From Acidobacteriota bacterium (GTDB taxonomy: Bacteria > Acidobacteriota > UBA6911 > RPQK01 > JAJDTT01), in contig OZ242374.1 in the NCBI GenBank assembly GCA_965209055.1, positions 992,001-1,056,000 of the forward strand: DNA of 64,000 bases, read 5' to 3'. The position numbers and the translations under genes were made by a program. The notes beneath the pieces were generated by a model, which made no database searches, was not told the DNA's origin, and saw only the letters and a program-made list of their open reading frames with translations. The stretch's first letter is position 1. Each line of letters opens with the position of its first letter. Positions 1-9,351 of the stretch are shown piece after piece.

Positions 1-162
1 GGGTTCGTGGCATTTCGCGCCTTTGACATTCTGAAACCCTATCCCATCAAGAAAGTGGAGCAGCTCCGGGGAGGCATGGGAATCGTCTGTGACGACCTGA
101 TCGCCGGCCTCTACGCGGGCCTCCTGCTGAGAATCGTCTACGCTTTCACCTCTCAATCGTGA
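1..162 (+). CDS. pgpA: Phosphatidylglycerophosphatase A, C-terminal part (truncated by window edge)
   Basis: Frame 1 reads GFVAFRAFDILKPYPIKKVEQLRGGMGIVCDDLIAG..., the PgpA FRxFDIxKPxP / GxGxxxDDxxAG motifs. TGA at 160-162. Lies upstream of cinA as usual. Confidence 0.9.
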   Translation, partial: GFVAFRAFDILKPYPIKKVEQLRGGMGIVCDDLIAGLYAGLLLRIVYAFTSQS

Positions 163-166
163 GCCG

Positions 167-688
167 GTGACCGGAGACGGCATGAGATCAGCGGCAGGAG
201 CACCGAATCGCATTCAGGACGAGCCCCTCGCGTCGGTGGTGGGACGCTTGCTGAGACGGCGGGGAAAGACCCTGGCGACCGCCGAGTCGTGTACGGGCGG
301 CTACCTGGGCAAGCTCTTGACAGACGTTCCGGGCAGCTCCGATTTCTACCAGGGCGGAATCATCAGCTACAGCAACGCTCTCAAGATTCGGCATCTCAAG
401 GTGAGTCCGGAGGTCCTGGATCGATGGGGCGCGGTCAGCGATCCGGTCGCCTGTCAGATGGCCCGGGAGGTCCGGAGCTGGAGCGGCGCCGATCTGGGCC
501 TCTCGGTGACCGGCATCGCAGGCCCCTCCGGGGGAAGTCCCGAAAAGCCGGTGGGCCTGGTCTATCTGGGCCTTTCCGATTCCGCCGGGACCCGGGCCCG
601 CAAACTCTTGCTGGAGGGAGACCGTAAGGGGATCCGGACGAGCGCATGCCGGATCGCCCTGGACTGGATCCGAAGGCACCTGACGTGA
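167..688 (+). CDS. cinA: CinA/PncC family nicotinamide-nucleotide amidase (stand-alone C-terminal domain)
   Basis: AESCTGG, GAVS and TGIAGPSGG..KPVGLVY motifs. Confidence 0.9.
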   Translation: MTGDGMRSAAGAPNRIQDEPLASVVGRLLRRRGKTLATAESCTGGYLGKLLTDVPGSSDFYQGGIISYSNALKIRHLKVSPEVLDRWGAVSDPVACQMAREVRSWSGADLGLSVTGIAGPSGGSPEKPVGLVYLGLSDSAGTRARKLLLEGDRKGIRTSACRIALDWIRRHLT

Positions 689-1287
689 TCCGCGCCTTCA
701 TCGCCATCGACGTTCCGCCGGAAGTCAAGAACCACTTGAGCTCCGTCTCGGCCGCGCTCGGCTCCTTGGGTCTGGACGCCCGGCCGGCCCCGGTTTGGTC
801 CATTCACCTGACCCTTCGTTTCCTGGGCAACGTCGAGGAGAGCCGCGTCCCCGGAATTGGAGACGCGATTCGCCGTTGCGCGCAACGGGTGCCGCCCTTT
901 GCTCTTGAGCTCCGGAACCTGGGCGCTTTCCCCAGCCGGAAACGGCCTCGTATCGTCTGGGCCGGTGTCGCCGGAGACGGAGGCCTGGAACGTCTGCACC
1001 GGCTCCTGGAACTCGAGTTGCAAAAACTGGGATTCGACCGCGAGAGAAAGAATTTCAGGCCCCACCTGACACTGCTCCGCCTGAAATCCTCCCGCAATTT
1101 GAAACGGCTTTCGAGTTACCTCGAGACGGAAGGGCAGGAGACGGGAACGGTCTCATTCAGTGTCTGTAGGATCCACCTTTACGAGAGCCGGCTGTCCAGC
1201 CGGGGAGCAAGGCACGAGAAGCTGGTGACCGCCGAACTGGCCGGCAGCCCGAAGATCCCGGCACCCTCAATGAGGCCCCCATCGTGA
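685..1287 (+). CDS. thpR: RNA 2',3'-cyclic phosphodiesterase (2H phosphoesterase)
   Basis: RAFIAI start and two HLT motifs (HLTLRFLG, PHLTL). GTG at 685 overlaps the cinA stop. Confidence 0.9.
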   Translation: MIRAFIAIDVPPEVKNHLSSVSAALGSLGLDARPAPVWSIHLTLRFLGNVEESRVPGIGDAIRRCAQRVPPFALELRNLGAFPSRKRPRIVWAGVAGDGGLERLHRLLELELQKLGFDRERKNFRPHLTLLRLKSSRNLKRLSSYLETEGQETGTVSFSVCRIHLYESRLSSRGARHEKLVTAELAGSPKIPAPSMRPPS

Positions 1288-1323
1288 TCATGGCCGTCGC
1301 CGGTCCTTATCGGGACGACTCCG

Positions 1324-2097
1324 TCAGCCGGCTCGCTCGTAAACCAGGTGGCGCACGCCCCATTCGATCCTGTCCATGGAGGTCAAATGCTGGAGCCGTT
1401 CGAGTCGACGGGCGAGGCGATCCAGAAAACCCGCTTCGTAGTTGGCAACAACAAACCGGTCGGTCCTCCAAGCGGTCAAATTCATCAAAAACATACTTGC
1501 GGCTGCTCCCGTGGATACCGGCAGCCGGTAGACCTCGCTCGACAACCGCCGCAAATCCGTGGGATCGGCAGCGCCGTGCAGAAACGGTCCCAGATAGAGC
1601 TCCCCGCCACTGTCCGCGATCAACCGCTCCACTACGGACAGATAGGTCGAAAATACGGGATGCTCGGTCTTGATGGTCTCCACTTCGGCGACGGCAACCA
1701 AACCCCGGAGAGCCAACTCTTCCGCCCACTTTTCCAGAATGCCCTCGGGATCCGGGAGATGAGTCAAGACCAGCCGGGCCATGATGAAATCCGGGTTCCT
1801 GACGGGGAACGGAATCCGGGTCACGTCGTGCTCCAGGAACTCGAGATCCGGAAACCTGGTCCGGGCCGATCGCACGTAACTTCGGGAGATATCCACTCCC
1901 ACAGCTCTCCGCGGCCGGACCACATCCATGAGCAACCGGGTCGTGAATCCGGGTCCGCATCCAAGATCGAGGGCAAGCCGAACCGGTCTCTTCGGGAGCG
2001 TTGCCAGAAGCGCTCGCATCTCCGGCTCGAAGGTCTCCGCGAGAAGGGCAAGCCTCCCCTCTGCCAAACCCGTATCACGGAAGGAATAACGACTCAT
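1324..2097 (-). CDS. Class I SAM-dependent methyltransferase (Tam-like)
   Basis: LDLGCGPG motif I and VGVDIS motif II. Confidence 0.8.
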   Translation of the reverse strand: MSRYSFRDTGLAEGRLALLAETFEPEMRALLATLPKRPVRLALDLGCGPGFTTRLLMDVVRPRRAVGVDISRSYVRSARTRFPDLEFLEHDVTRIPFPVRNPDFIMARLVLTHLPDPEGILEKWAEELALRGLVAVAEVETIKTEHPVFSTYLSVVERLIADSGGELYLGPFLHGAADPTDLRRLSSEVYRLPVSTGAAASMFLMNLTAWRTDRFVVANYEAGFLDRLARRLERLQHLTSMDRIEWGVRHLVYERAG

Positions 2098-2164
2098 CCG
2101 CCGAGTCTACCGGACGGGCGCCGCCGGATTGACCCCGGCGAGTTCCAGCCGGTAATCTTAGTCG

Positions 2165-2371
2165 ATGGCCATCAACCCGGAGTTGCTGGAGATTCTGGCC
2201 TGCCCGGCCTGCAAGGCCAAGGTGTTCCTGACTGCAGACGGCAACGGATTGAAGTGCGGCGCCTGTTTCCTGGTCTTTCCCATCCGCGACGATATCCCGG
2301 TGATGCTCATCGACGAGGCCGTCACTGAGCCGCCGGAAGGTCCGTCCGAGACCGATCAAGCCGGGGGATGA
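2165..2371 (+). CDS. Trm112/YcaR family small zinc-binding protein
   Basis: LLEILACPACK...LKCGAC...FPIRDDIPVMLIDEA. Confidence 0.9.
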   Translation: MAINPELLEILACPACKAKVFLTADGNGLKCGACFLVFPIRDDIPVMLIDEAVTEPPEGPSETDQAGG

Positions 2372-3396
2372 CCCGCCGTTCCCGCGTCCTTCTGGTGCGC
2401 CTGCGCTCTCTGGGGGATGCGGTCCTCATGACCCCGGCTCTCACGGTCCTCAAACGTAATCCGGGCACTCGCGTGGCTGTGCTCCTGGAGGCGCCGTTTC
2501 ACGAAGTGCTGGCGAACAACACGGACGTGGATCGGATCATTGCCGTCCCTCGCGGCCGATCCAAGCTCCTGACCCGGAGCCGGGCCATTCGGGCGGCCCG
2601 CAGCTTCTCGCCGGACCTGACCGTCGACCTCCACGGCGGGACCACCAGCGCTCTCATCACCGCTCTTTCGGGGGCGTCCGTGCGCCTGGGCTACGCCAGC
2701 AGCCGCAGCAGCCGCTTCTACAACCGAACCGTGCCCGATTCGCGGCAGATCTGGGGCAAGGATTCGATCCACACCGTCGAGCACCAACTCTCGCCCTTCA
2801 AACATCTCGGATTCCAGGTCGAGCCCATGCCGCCGCTCCAGGTTCCGGTCGGAGCCGCGGCCCTGGAGCAGATTCGGACGCTCCTGTCCCGGCGCGCCAT
2901 CGAGACGGGTTTCCTCCTGGTTCACCCGGGCGCCGCCTTCGACACCAAGCAATGGGAACCGGCAAGGTTTGCGGAAATCGCGGCGCTTCTGGAGCGTGAG
3001 GGACACCCCATCGTCTTCACGGCGGGCCCGGGAGAGGAGCCGCTCCTGGAAGATCTCAGGAAGACCGCTCCGCCCTCGGTTCATTTCATGGGGCCGTTTC
3101 CGCTGGACCAGTTCATCGCCCTGGCTTCGCTGTGCCGCCTCTATTTGGGGAACGACACGGGCACGACCCATATCGCCGCGGCCCTGGGCAGGCCTCTGGT
3201 GGTCATCTTCGGTTCTTCCGACTCTCCGGTCTGGTCTCCCTGGGGAACCCGCCACCGCTTGATTCGATCAGAGCTCCCGTGCGTTCCCTGCCCGGGCTAT
3301 TACTGCCTTCACTACCAGGAGCCCATGTGCATCCGGTCCATCACCGTTCCCCGCGTGCTGGAGGCGGTGCGGTCGCTGCTTCGTGAATCCGGCTGA
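2368..3396 (+). CDS. Glycosyltransferase family 9 (LPS heptosyltransferase-like)
   Basis: LRSLGDAVL, HPGA..KQW and GNDTGTTHIAAALG motifs; C-terminal CVPC. Confidence 0.9.
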   Translation: MTRRSRVLLVRLRSLGDAVLMTPALTVLKRNPGTRVAVLLEAPFHEVLANNTDVDRIIAVPRGRSKLLTRSRAIRAARSFSPDLTVDLHGGTTSALITALSGASVRLGYASSRSSRFYNRTVPDSRQIWGKDSIHTVEHQLSPFKHLGFQVEPMPPLQVPVGAAALEQIRTLLSRRAIETGFLLVHPGAAFDTKQWEPARFAEIAALLEREGHPIVFTAGPGEEPLLEDLRKTAPPSVHFMGPFPLDQFIALASLCRLYLGNDTGTTHIAAALGRPLVVIFGSSDSPVWSPWGTRHRLIRSELPCVPCPGYYCLHYQEPMCIRSITVPRVLEAVRSLLRESG

Positions 3397-3434
3397 CCGG
3401 AATCCCCCGATCTTGCCGCCTCGCCGAACCCGGC

Positions 3435-3827
3435 TCAGACGGCTTGTTTCAGAAACCCGATGATTTCCTGGGTAGAGGATCCCGGTTGAAAGATCTCGGC
3501 CACGCCCAGTTCCTTGAGGCCGGGGATGTCCTCGTCCGGGATGATGCCGCCTCCGAAGACCAGGATGTCCAAGGCATCCTGGTCGGCCAGAAGTTGCATG
3601 ATCCGCTTGAAGAGGTGCTCGTGGGCACCGGAAAGGATGGAAAGTCCGATGGCGTCCACGTCTTCCTGGATGGCTGCCTGCACGATCTGCTCGGGAGTCT
3701 GGCGCAACCCGGTGTAGATGACCTCCATGCCGGAGTCGCGAAGAGCGCGGGCCACGATCTTGGCGCCCCGGTCGTGCCCGTCGAGGCCCGGCTTGGCGAT
3801 GAGAATCCTGAGTCTTCGGTTGCTCAT
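3435..3827 (-). CDS. Cobalamin-binding small subunit of acyl-CoA mutase (IcmB/MCM C-terminal domain)
   Basis: [10 protein letters not shown] (DxHxxG), SILSGAH and GGIIP motifs. Confidence 0.92.
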   Translation of the reverse strand: MSNRRLRILIAKPGLDGHDRGAKIVARALRDSGMEVIYTGLRQTPEQIVQAAIQEDVDAIGLSILSGAHEHLFKRIMQLLADQDALDILVFGGGIIPDEDIPGLKELGVAEIFQPGSSTQEIIGFLKQAV

Positions 3828-3840
3828 TCGGTCTGCTTCC

Positions 3841-5412
3841 TCAGAACAAGGGTTCCTGATAAACGCCGAAAATCTCCTTCAGGGAGGTGCAGATCTCCCC
3901 CACGGTGGCGTACTCCCGCACCGCATGGATCAGACGGGGCATCAGGTTCTCATCGGTCCGGGCCGCCTGGTTCAAGTCGCGGAGGGCCCGGCTGACGCTC
4001 TCCTGGTTCCGCTCCCGCCGCAGGACCCGGAGGCTCTCGATCTGAGCGTCCTCGACTTCCGGCCCGATACGGAGAATCTCCGGCCGCGACGGCTCGTCGG
4101 TGACGAAGCGATTCACGCCCACCACCACCTGATCCTCTTTTTCGATGGCGCGTTGCTCCCGGTAGGAGGCATCCTGGATCTCGCGCTGCGGGTACCCCGC
4201 CTCGATGGCGTTGATCATTCCTCCCATCTCGTCGATCCGGTCCATGTACTCCACCGCCCGATCCTCGACCTGGCAGGTGAGGTTCTCCAGGAAATAGGAG
4301 CCGCCCGCCGGGTCCACGCTTGCGGTCAGGCCCGACTCGTAGGCCAGAACCTGTTGAGTCCGAAGCGCGATCTTGGCCGTCTCCTCGGTGGGAAGCGCCC
4401 ACGCCTCGTCCAGGGCGTTGGTGTGAAGCGAATTGGTCCCTCCCAGAATCGCGGCGACCGCCTGCAGTGTGGTCCGGATGATGTTGTTGGCCGGTTGCTG
4501 CATGGTCAACGTGCATCCGGCGGTCTGAGTGTGGAACCGGCACATCCACGACCGCTCGTTCAGAGCTCCGAAACGGTTCCTCATGGTCCGCGCCCAGAGC
4601 CTCCGGGCGGCCCGGAACTTGGCGATCTCCTCAAAGAAGTTGTTGTGGGAATTGAAGAAGAAGGAGAGGCGGGGTGCGAAGTCATCCACTTCCATTCCGC
4701 GGCGAACGCACCAGTCCACGTATTCGATGCCGTCCCGCAACGTGAAGGCCAGTTCCTGGACCGCAGTGGAGCCGGCTTCGCGAATGTGGTACCCGCTGAT
4801 GGAAATGCTGTTGTACCGGGGAAGCTGCTGCGAGCAGAACTGGATCGAATCCACGACCAGTCGCATGGACGGGGCGGGAGGATAGATCCACTCCTTCTGC
4901 GCGATGTACTCCTTCAAGATGTCGTTCTGGAGGGTGCCCCGGATTCGGCGGGCCGCGACTCCCTGCTTCTCCGCCGCCACCACGTACATGGCCAGGAGGA
5001 CGGCCGCGGGGGCGTTGATGGTCATGGAGGTGCTCACCCGGGCCAGGTCGATCCGGTCGAAAAGGACCTCCATGTCCCGGAGGGAGTCGACGGCAACGCC
5101 GCATTTTCCGACTTCACCGGCCGAGAGGGGATCATCCGAATCCAGACCCATGAGGGTGGGCAGATCGAAAGCGACGGAGAGGCCGGTCTGTCCGTGCTCC
5201 AAGAGAAACCGATACCGGCGATTCGTTTCTTCGGCGCTTCCGTGGCCCGAGAATTGGCGCATGGTCCAGAGACGTCCCCGGTACATGTTCGGGTAGATGC
5301 CCCGGGTGTAGGGGTACGATCCAGGTTCGCCAATGTCCCGGCGATAATCCAATTCGGCCACGTCCGACGCCCCGAAGGCGGGGGATTCGGTTCTGAATCG
5401 GCTCGGCTTCAC
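3841..5412 (-). CDS. B12-dependent acyl-CoA mutase large subunit, isobutyryl-CoA mutase (IcmA)-like
   Basis: [26 protein letters not shown] and SGYHIREAG motifs. F54/Q172 sit at the substrate-specificity positions. Confidence 0.85.
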   Translation of the reverse strand: MKPSRFRTESPAFGASDVAELDYRRDIGEPGSYPYTRGIYPNMYRGRLWTMRQFSGHGSAEETNRRYRFLLEHGQTGLSVAFDLPTLMGLDSDDPLSAGEVGKCGVAVDSLRDMEVLFDRIDLARVSTSMTINAPAAVLLAMYVVAAEKQGVAARRIRGTLQNDILKEYIAQKEWIYPPAPSMRLVVDSIQFCSQQLPRYNSISISGYHIREAGSTAVQELAFTLRDGIEYVDWCVRRGMEVDDFAPRLSFFFNSHNNFFEEIAKFRAARRLWARTMRNRFGALNERSWMCRFHTQTAGCTLTMQQPANNIIRTTLQAVAAILGGTNSLHTNALDEAWALPTEETAKIALRTQQVLAYESGLTASVDPAGGSYFLENLTCQVEDRAVEYMDRIDEMGGMINAIEAGYPQREIQDASYREQRAIEKEDQVVVGVNRFVTDEPSRPEILRIGPEVEDAQIESLRVLRRERNQESVSRALRDLNQAARTDENLMPRLIHAVREYATVGEICTSLKEIFGVYQEPLF

Positions 5413-5578
5413 GGACCATCCTCCGCAACTGTCGTCAGAGCCGCTGCTGCCGCCACATGGACCCTTCCCATGAACTCAGACTCCCGGCGGCCCCTGCTCG
5501 TATAGTTATCCCTTTTCTCCGGCGTTGCAAACGACTCTCCGGGCGAAGAACCGGGACCGGGACCTCGGCCCGGAAGGG

Positions 5579-5625
5579 TTGTCCACGGATTTTGTGGAAA
5601 TGCCGGTGGAAAACGTTGTGAAGAC
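5579..5625. promoter_or_regulatory. Cluster of four degenerate DnaA-box-like 9-mers
   Basis: TTGTCCACG (5579, +), then TGTGGAAAT (5593), GGTGGAAAA (5605) and TGTGAAGAC (5617) in the opposite orientation at a 12-bp period. Confidence 0.45.
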
Positions 5626-5715
5626 ACGATTCAAGCGGCTGTTAAATGGAGACTTTCTCCATTTTGCATCCTTTTTGTGCAGTCTCTCAAGGCCCAGACT
5701 CCCGGAGCGGCACGA

Positions 5716-5897
5716 GACTTTCAACACGGACTGTCAACAGCCCGTGGCAAAAGTCGTCACGGCATTCGACCGTCCCTGCACAGGCGCGGACTGTGTTGCG
5801 ATTCGGGCACATACTCAAGGTATGCACCCGAATCGCGCCTTGTCCGGCGGGCGCAGGAACGGTCTCGGTGCTCGCGAGACTTTCACCACGGACTGTT
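5716..5897. mobile_element. MITE-like element (5736-5897) abutting the right end of another copy (5716-5735)
   Basis: Terminal inverted repeats AACAGCCCGTGGCAAAAGTC / GACTTTCACCACGGACTGTT (17/20 match). Internal hairpin GCGATTCGGGCACATAC..GTATGCACCCGAATCGC. Related copies at 10547 and 26753. Confidence 0.65.
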
Positions 5898-5910
5898 AAA
5901 CTGAACGGCC

Positions 5911-6180
5911 ATGTCCACTTCGGCTCGCGAAGATCTGATTCAGGAGGAGAATCGGAGACTCCGGCGTATGCGCTTTCTGGTCGATCTGACGCTCAGCGTG
6001 TTGTACCAGGACCCCAGGTTGACATTGGGCGAAGCGCGGCAGATGGTGCGGCGGACCGAGCGTGCCGTCCTGGGCATGTTTCCGGACAAAGAGTTCACCT
6101 TCCACCTGCTTCTCATGCCCCGTTTCGAGAGAGTCCTGCGGAAACGTTGGGGCAAGGGAATGGAACCGACCATCCACTGA
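5911..6180 (+). CDS. Small helical hypothetical protein
   Basis: 89-aa ORF with protein-like composition, ending 6 bp before dtd. Confidence 0.75.
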   Translation: MSTSAREDLIQEENRRLRRMRFLVDLTLSVLYQDPRLTLGEARQMVRRTERAVLGMFPDKEFTFHLLLMPRFERVLRKRWGKGMEPTIH

Positions 6181-6186
6181 ATCGCC

Positions 6187-6639
6187 ATGCGAGTCGTGAT
6201 CCAGCGGGTGTCGATGGCCGAGGTGGAGGTCCAGGGCCGCACGGTGGGCCGGATCGGCCCCGGATTGGCCGTCCTGGTTGCCGTATGCGCCGGCGACACC
6301 GACAGGGACCTGGCATTCATCAGAAAGAAGATCCTGCAGCTCCGCATCTTTCCGGATGAAGCCGGCAGGATGAACCGTTCACTTCTGGAAACGGGGCATT
6401 CGATACTTCTGGTTTCCCAATTCACGCTCTATGGCGACTGCCGCAAAGGGAACCGGCCCAGCTTCAGCAGGGCGGCGCCTCCCACCGCGGCCCGTGAGGT
6501 ATACCGGCGCCTCGCGGAGTCCCTCCGGGAGCCGGGGGTGGTTGTGGAAACGGGCCGATTCGGCGCCATGATGGATTTGTCGCTGGTCAATGATGGTCCG
6601 GTGACTCTGATCGTCGACTCCAGAAAAGACGTTTATTGA
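6187..6639 (+). CDS. dtd: D-aminoacyl-tRNA deacylase
   Basis: MRVVIQRV, SQFTL and NDGPVT motifs. Confidence 0.96.
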   Translation: MRVVIQRVSMAEVEVQGRTVGRIGPGLAVLVAVCAGDTDRDLAFIRKKILQLRIFPDEAGRMNRSLLETGHSILLVSQFTLYGDCRKGNRPSFSRAAPPTAAREVYRRLAESLREPGVVVETGRFGAMMDLSLVNDGPVTLIVDSRKDVY

Positions 6640-6867
6640 GAGACCTCCCGTGCCGGGGTCCAACCGGTCCGGCGCCAGGCTGAAGAGACTGTAGAGTCTG
6701 CTGCCGGCAGTTCCCGGCAACAATCCCCGGCAGCACCGATATCGGAATGTGCCCGGATGTTCATTGAAACTCGGGGCCATTTTCCGCGTATATACTTTTA
6801 GTGTGACCGCGGCTTCACAAAGTCGGTGCGAACGTAGCACAGCTCATGCGCCGCGGAACCATCTGCA

Positions 6868-7356
6868 ATGAGCGATTCAGAGCAACGGGACGCGCACCGG
6901 CAAGAGTTGCCGAGTGAACTGGAGGGAAAGGGATTCGACAAGGAATTCGAGATGTCTTTCGGGAGCAATATTCAGTTTCTCGATCTGGTGCAGGAGATCT
7001 CCCAGAGCATCACTCGAATGGCCGGATTCGATGACGAGGCAAGCCATTGGATTTGCTTGTCGATCCGCGAATCGGTGACCAATGCCATCCAGCACGGAAA
7101 TCAAGAGGATGAGAGCAAGAGGGTGGGCGTCCGATTCCGTATCGATCGCCACCGTCTTCTCATCAGCATCTCAGATCAGGGACCTGGTTTTGACGAATCC
7201 TCGCTGCCGGACCCGCTGGATACCGGGAATCTGCTGAAACCCTCGGGCCGCGGGGTGTTCTTTGTCCATACCTTCATGGACAAAGTGACCTATCGGAATC
7301 TCAGGCAGGGGGGATTCGAAGTTACAATGGAGAAGTGGATCAAACACACGACGTGA
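6868..7356 (+). CDS. Anti-sigma factor kinase, RsbW/SpoIIAB family
   Basis: ESVTNAIQHGN, DQGPGFD and GRGVF HATPase boxes. Confidence 0.88.
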   Translation: MSDSEQRDAHRQELPSELEGKGFDKEFEMSFGSNIQFLDLVQEISQSITRMAGFDDEASHWICLSIRESVTNAIQHGNQEDESKRVGVRFRIDRHRLLISISDQGPGFDESSLPDPLDTGNLLKPSGRGVFFVHTFMDKVTYRNLRQGGFEVTMEKWIKHTT

Positions 7357-7366
7357 GGAGGTAATC

Positions 7367-7705
7367 ATGAGCATCGCGACCAGAAACGTGCACGGCGTCA
7401 CCATCCTGGATGTCCAGGGCAGGATCACCATCGGCGAAGAGAGCGCACTGATACGGAATACCATACGGGGATTGGTCCAGTCGGGGCAGAAGAATCTACT
7501 CATGAACCTGGCCGATGTCCGCACGGTGGACAGCATCGGGATCGGCGAGCTGGTGAGCTCGTACACTCACGTTGCAGACCAGGGAGGAGCGCTCAAGCTT
7601 CTCCATCTGACCAAGAGGACCCGGGAGCTGCTGGCCATCACCAAGCTTCTGACCGTTTTCGATACCTTCGAAAACGAGGCTGACGCGGTCGCCAGTTTCG
7701 CCTGA
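7367..7705 (+). CDS. STAS-domain anti-anti-sigma factor, RsbV/SpoIIAA family
   Basis: VDSIGIGELV with the phospho-acceptor Ser; GGAGG RBS upstream. Confidence 0.9.
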   Translation: MSIATRNVHGVTILDVQGRITIGEESALIRNTIRGLVQSGQKNLLMNLADVRTVDSIGIGELVSSYTHVADQGGALKLLHLTKRTRELLAITKLLTVFDTFENEADAVASFA

Positions 7706-7729
7706 TCGCTATCAGCCGAGGAGGCTCCC

Positions 7730-7757
7730 CCACCGGGCGCCGGCCGGCGCCCGGTGG
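7730..7757. terminator. Perfect 28-bp GC palindrome between convergent genes
   Basis: CCACCGGGCGCCGG|CCGGCGCCCGGTGG. No adjacent U-tract, so the terminator call is tentative. Confidence 0.45.
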
Positions 7758-7806
7758 AGTCAGGAGAGAAAAAAAGGGATCGAGTCAGTCCGGCTGCCGT
7801 TTCCGT

Positions 7807-7839
7807 GAGGAGACCACTCTCGACCGTGGTCTCCTCTAC
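7807..7839 (-). repeat. GTAG-headed REP-like hairpin
   Basis: Minus strand reads GTAGAGGAGACCAC-GGTCGAGA-GTGGTCTCCTC (11-bp stem). Confidence 0.45.
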
Positions 7840-7876
7840 GAGGAAACGACGCGCCCTTCTTCACTCCCTCGATTTC

Positions 7877-9202
7877 TCAAAAGGGCAGATTCTTGGAGAG
7901 GTCGTTGAAGAGAATGACCCCCATCAGCAGGATCAGGAAAATAAAGCCGGCCTGAAAGATCCGTTCTTTCACCTTCATGCTGAGGTCCCTGCCGATGAGC
8001 CCCTCGATGGCCAACATGGCGATGAGGCCTCCGTCCAGTACGGGGATGGGAAAGAGGTTCAGGATGCCCAGGTTCAGGGACACCAGGGCCATGAATCCCA
8101 TCAGGGGAACCAACCCTCCCGACGCGGCGGCCCCCGAATAGCGGGCGATATCGATGGGACCTGACATGCTCCGGAGGGAGGCCCTGCCGGTCACGATCTT
8201 GCCGATGACCTTACCGATCAACAGGACTATTTCTCCGTTTCTCCGGATCGACAGGGCCAGGGACTCCACGATTCCGTACTTCTCGACGCGGACGGGGGGG
8301 CCTCGCTCGACACCGATCAGAACCCTGCCGTCGATCTTCGCCGGGCGAATGGTGGCCTCCAGGAACTCTTCGCCCCTCCGCAGCTTGAACAGCAACGGCT
8401 CTCCTTCGCGTTCCGACACGAACGGCGAGATGGCAGAGGGTTCATCGACGGCACCATTCTCTCCCCGGACCGCCAGGATCTCGTCACCCGGCTTCAATCC
8501 GGCGGCTTGCGCCGGCGAGCCTTCCATGGTTCCGGTGATGATGAATGGGATCCAGGGCTCCACTCCGATGGTTCCGATCTCGCCTCTTTCCGACGCCGCG
8601 GCGACCAGCACCCGTTTATCGATTCGTTTCCCTCCCCGGTCGAGAGTCAGGCGAAGGCTCTGCCCGGGACTCGTGGCGATGGCGATCTCGGCATCCTGCC
8701 AGGTGGACACTTCGTCTCCATCGATGGCCACGATCGTGTCGCGAACCTGAATCCCCGCCGCTACGGCAGGGGAATCGTCGGCCACCGCCCCGATTTCCGC
8801 CGGTCCGGACCGGTAGGCGAGCACCTGGACCCCCAGCGTGTAGGCGGCGGCCGACAGCAGAACGGCCAGGACGATGTTCATCAAGGGGCCGGCCACGGCC
8901 ACGGCGAAACGATGCCGCTTGGGGTGGGCCAGAAACTCGTCGCCGGAACCAGTGAACGACTCGTCGTAGTTCTCTCCGGCCATCTTGACGTAACCGCCCA
9001 GGGGCAAAATGCTCACCCGGTAGTCGGTGTCGCCACGGCGAAACCCCGCCAGCCTGGGGCCGAATCCGAGGGAGAACACGTCGACGCGAATGCCCAGGTA
9101 CTTGGCAACCGCGTAATGTCCCAACTCGTGGACGAAGATCATGACCCCCAAGACAAAAATGAAGGCCAGCAGGGTGGTCCCGAAATCACCGATCATCTGC
9201 AA
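7877..9202 (-). CDS. rseP: RIP metalloprotease RseP
   Basis: HELGH, two PDZ domains and NLFPIPVLDGG; next to dxr. Confidence 0.95.
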   Translation of the reverse strand: MQMIGDFGTTLLAFIFVLGVMIFVHELGHYAVAKYLGIRVDVFSLGFGPRLAGFRRGDTDYRVSILPLGGYVKMAGENYDESFTGSGDEFLAHPKRHRFAVAVAGPLMNIVLAVLLSAAAYTLGVQVLAYRSGPAEIGAVADDSPAVAAGIQVRDTIVAIDGDEVSTWQDAEIAIATSPGQSLRLTLDRGGKRIDKRVLVAAASERGEIGTIGVEPWIPFIITGTMEGSPAQAAGLKPGDEILAVRGENGAVDEPSAISPFVSEREGEPLLFKLRRGEEFLEATIRPAKIDGRVLIGVERGPPVRVEKYGIVESLALSIRRNGEIVLLIGKVIGKIVTGRASLRSMSGPIDIARYSGAAASGGLVPLMGFMALVSLNLGILNLFPIPVLDGGLIAMLAIEGLIGRDLSMKVKERIFQAGFIFLILLMGVILFNDLSKNLPF

Positions 9203-9351
9203 AGGAATCTCGCCTTTCTGACAGGGCTCCAGGGACGGAACTCGGTATCCCTGCGACCCGCCGTCTCAATCGTAAACGACATTCGCTCCAACTCTCGGAT
9301 CCTCAAACGTGCCGCAGCCCGCTTGGGTTCCTCGTTCTCCCCCGCGGGCAG

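Noticed and set aside
5420-5500. Possible cobalamin riboswitch upstream of the B12 mutase (CCGCAACTGT, GCCAC)
   Set aside because: The fragments lie on the strand opposite the mutase, and the GGGAA and B12-box elements are not in the proper order.
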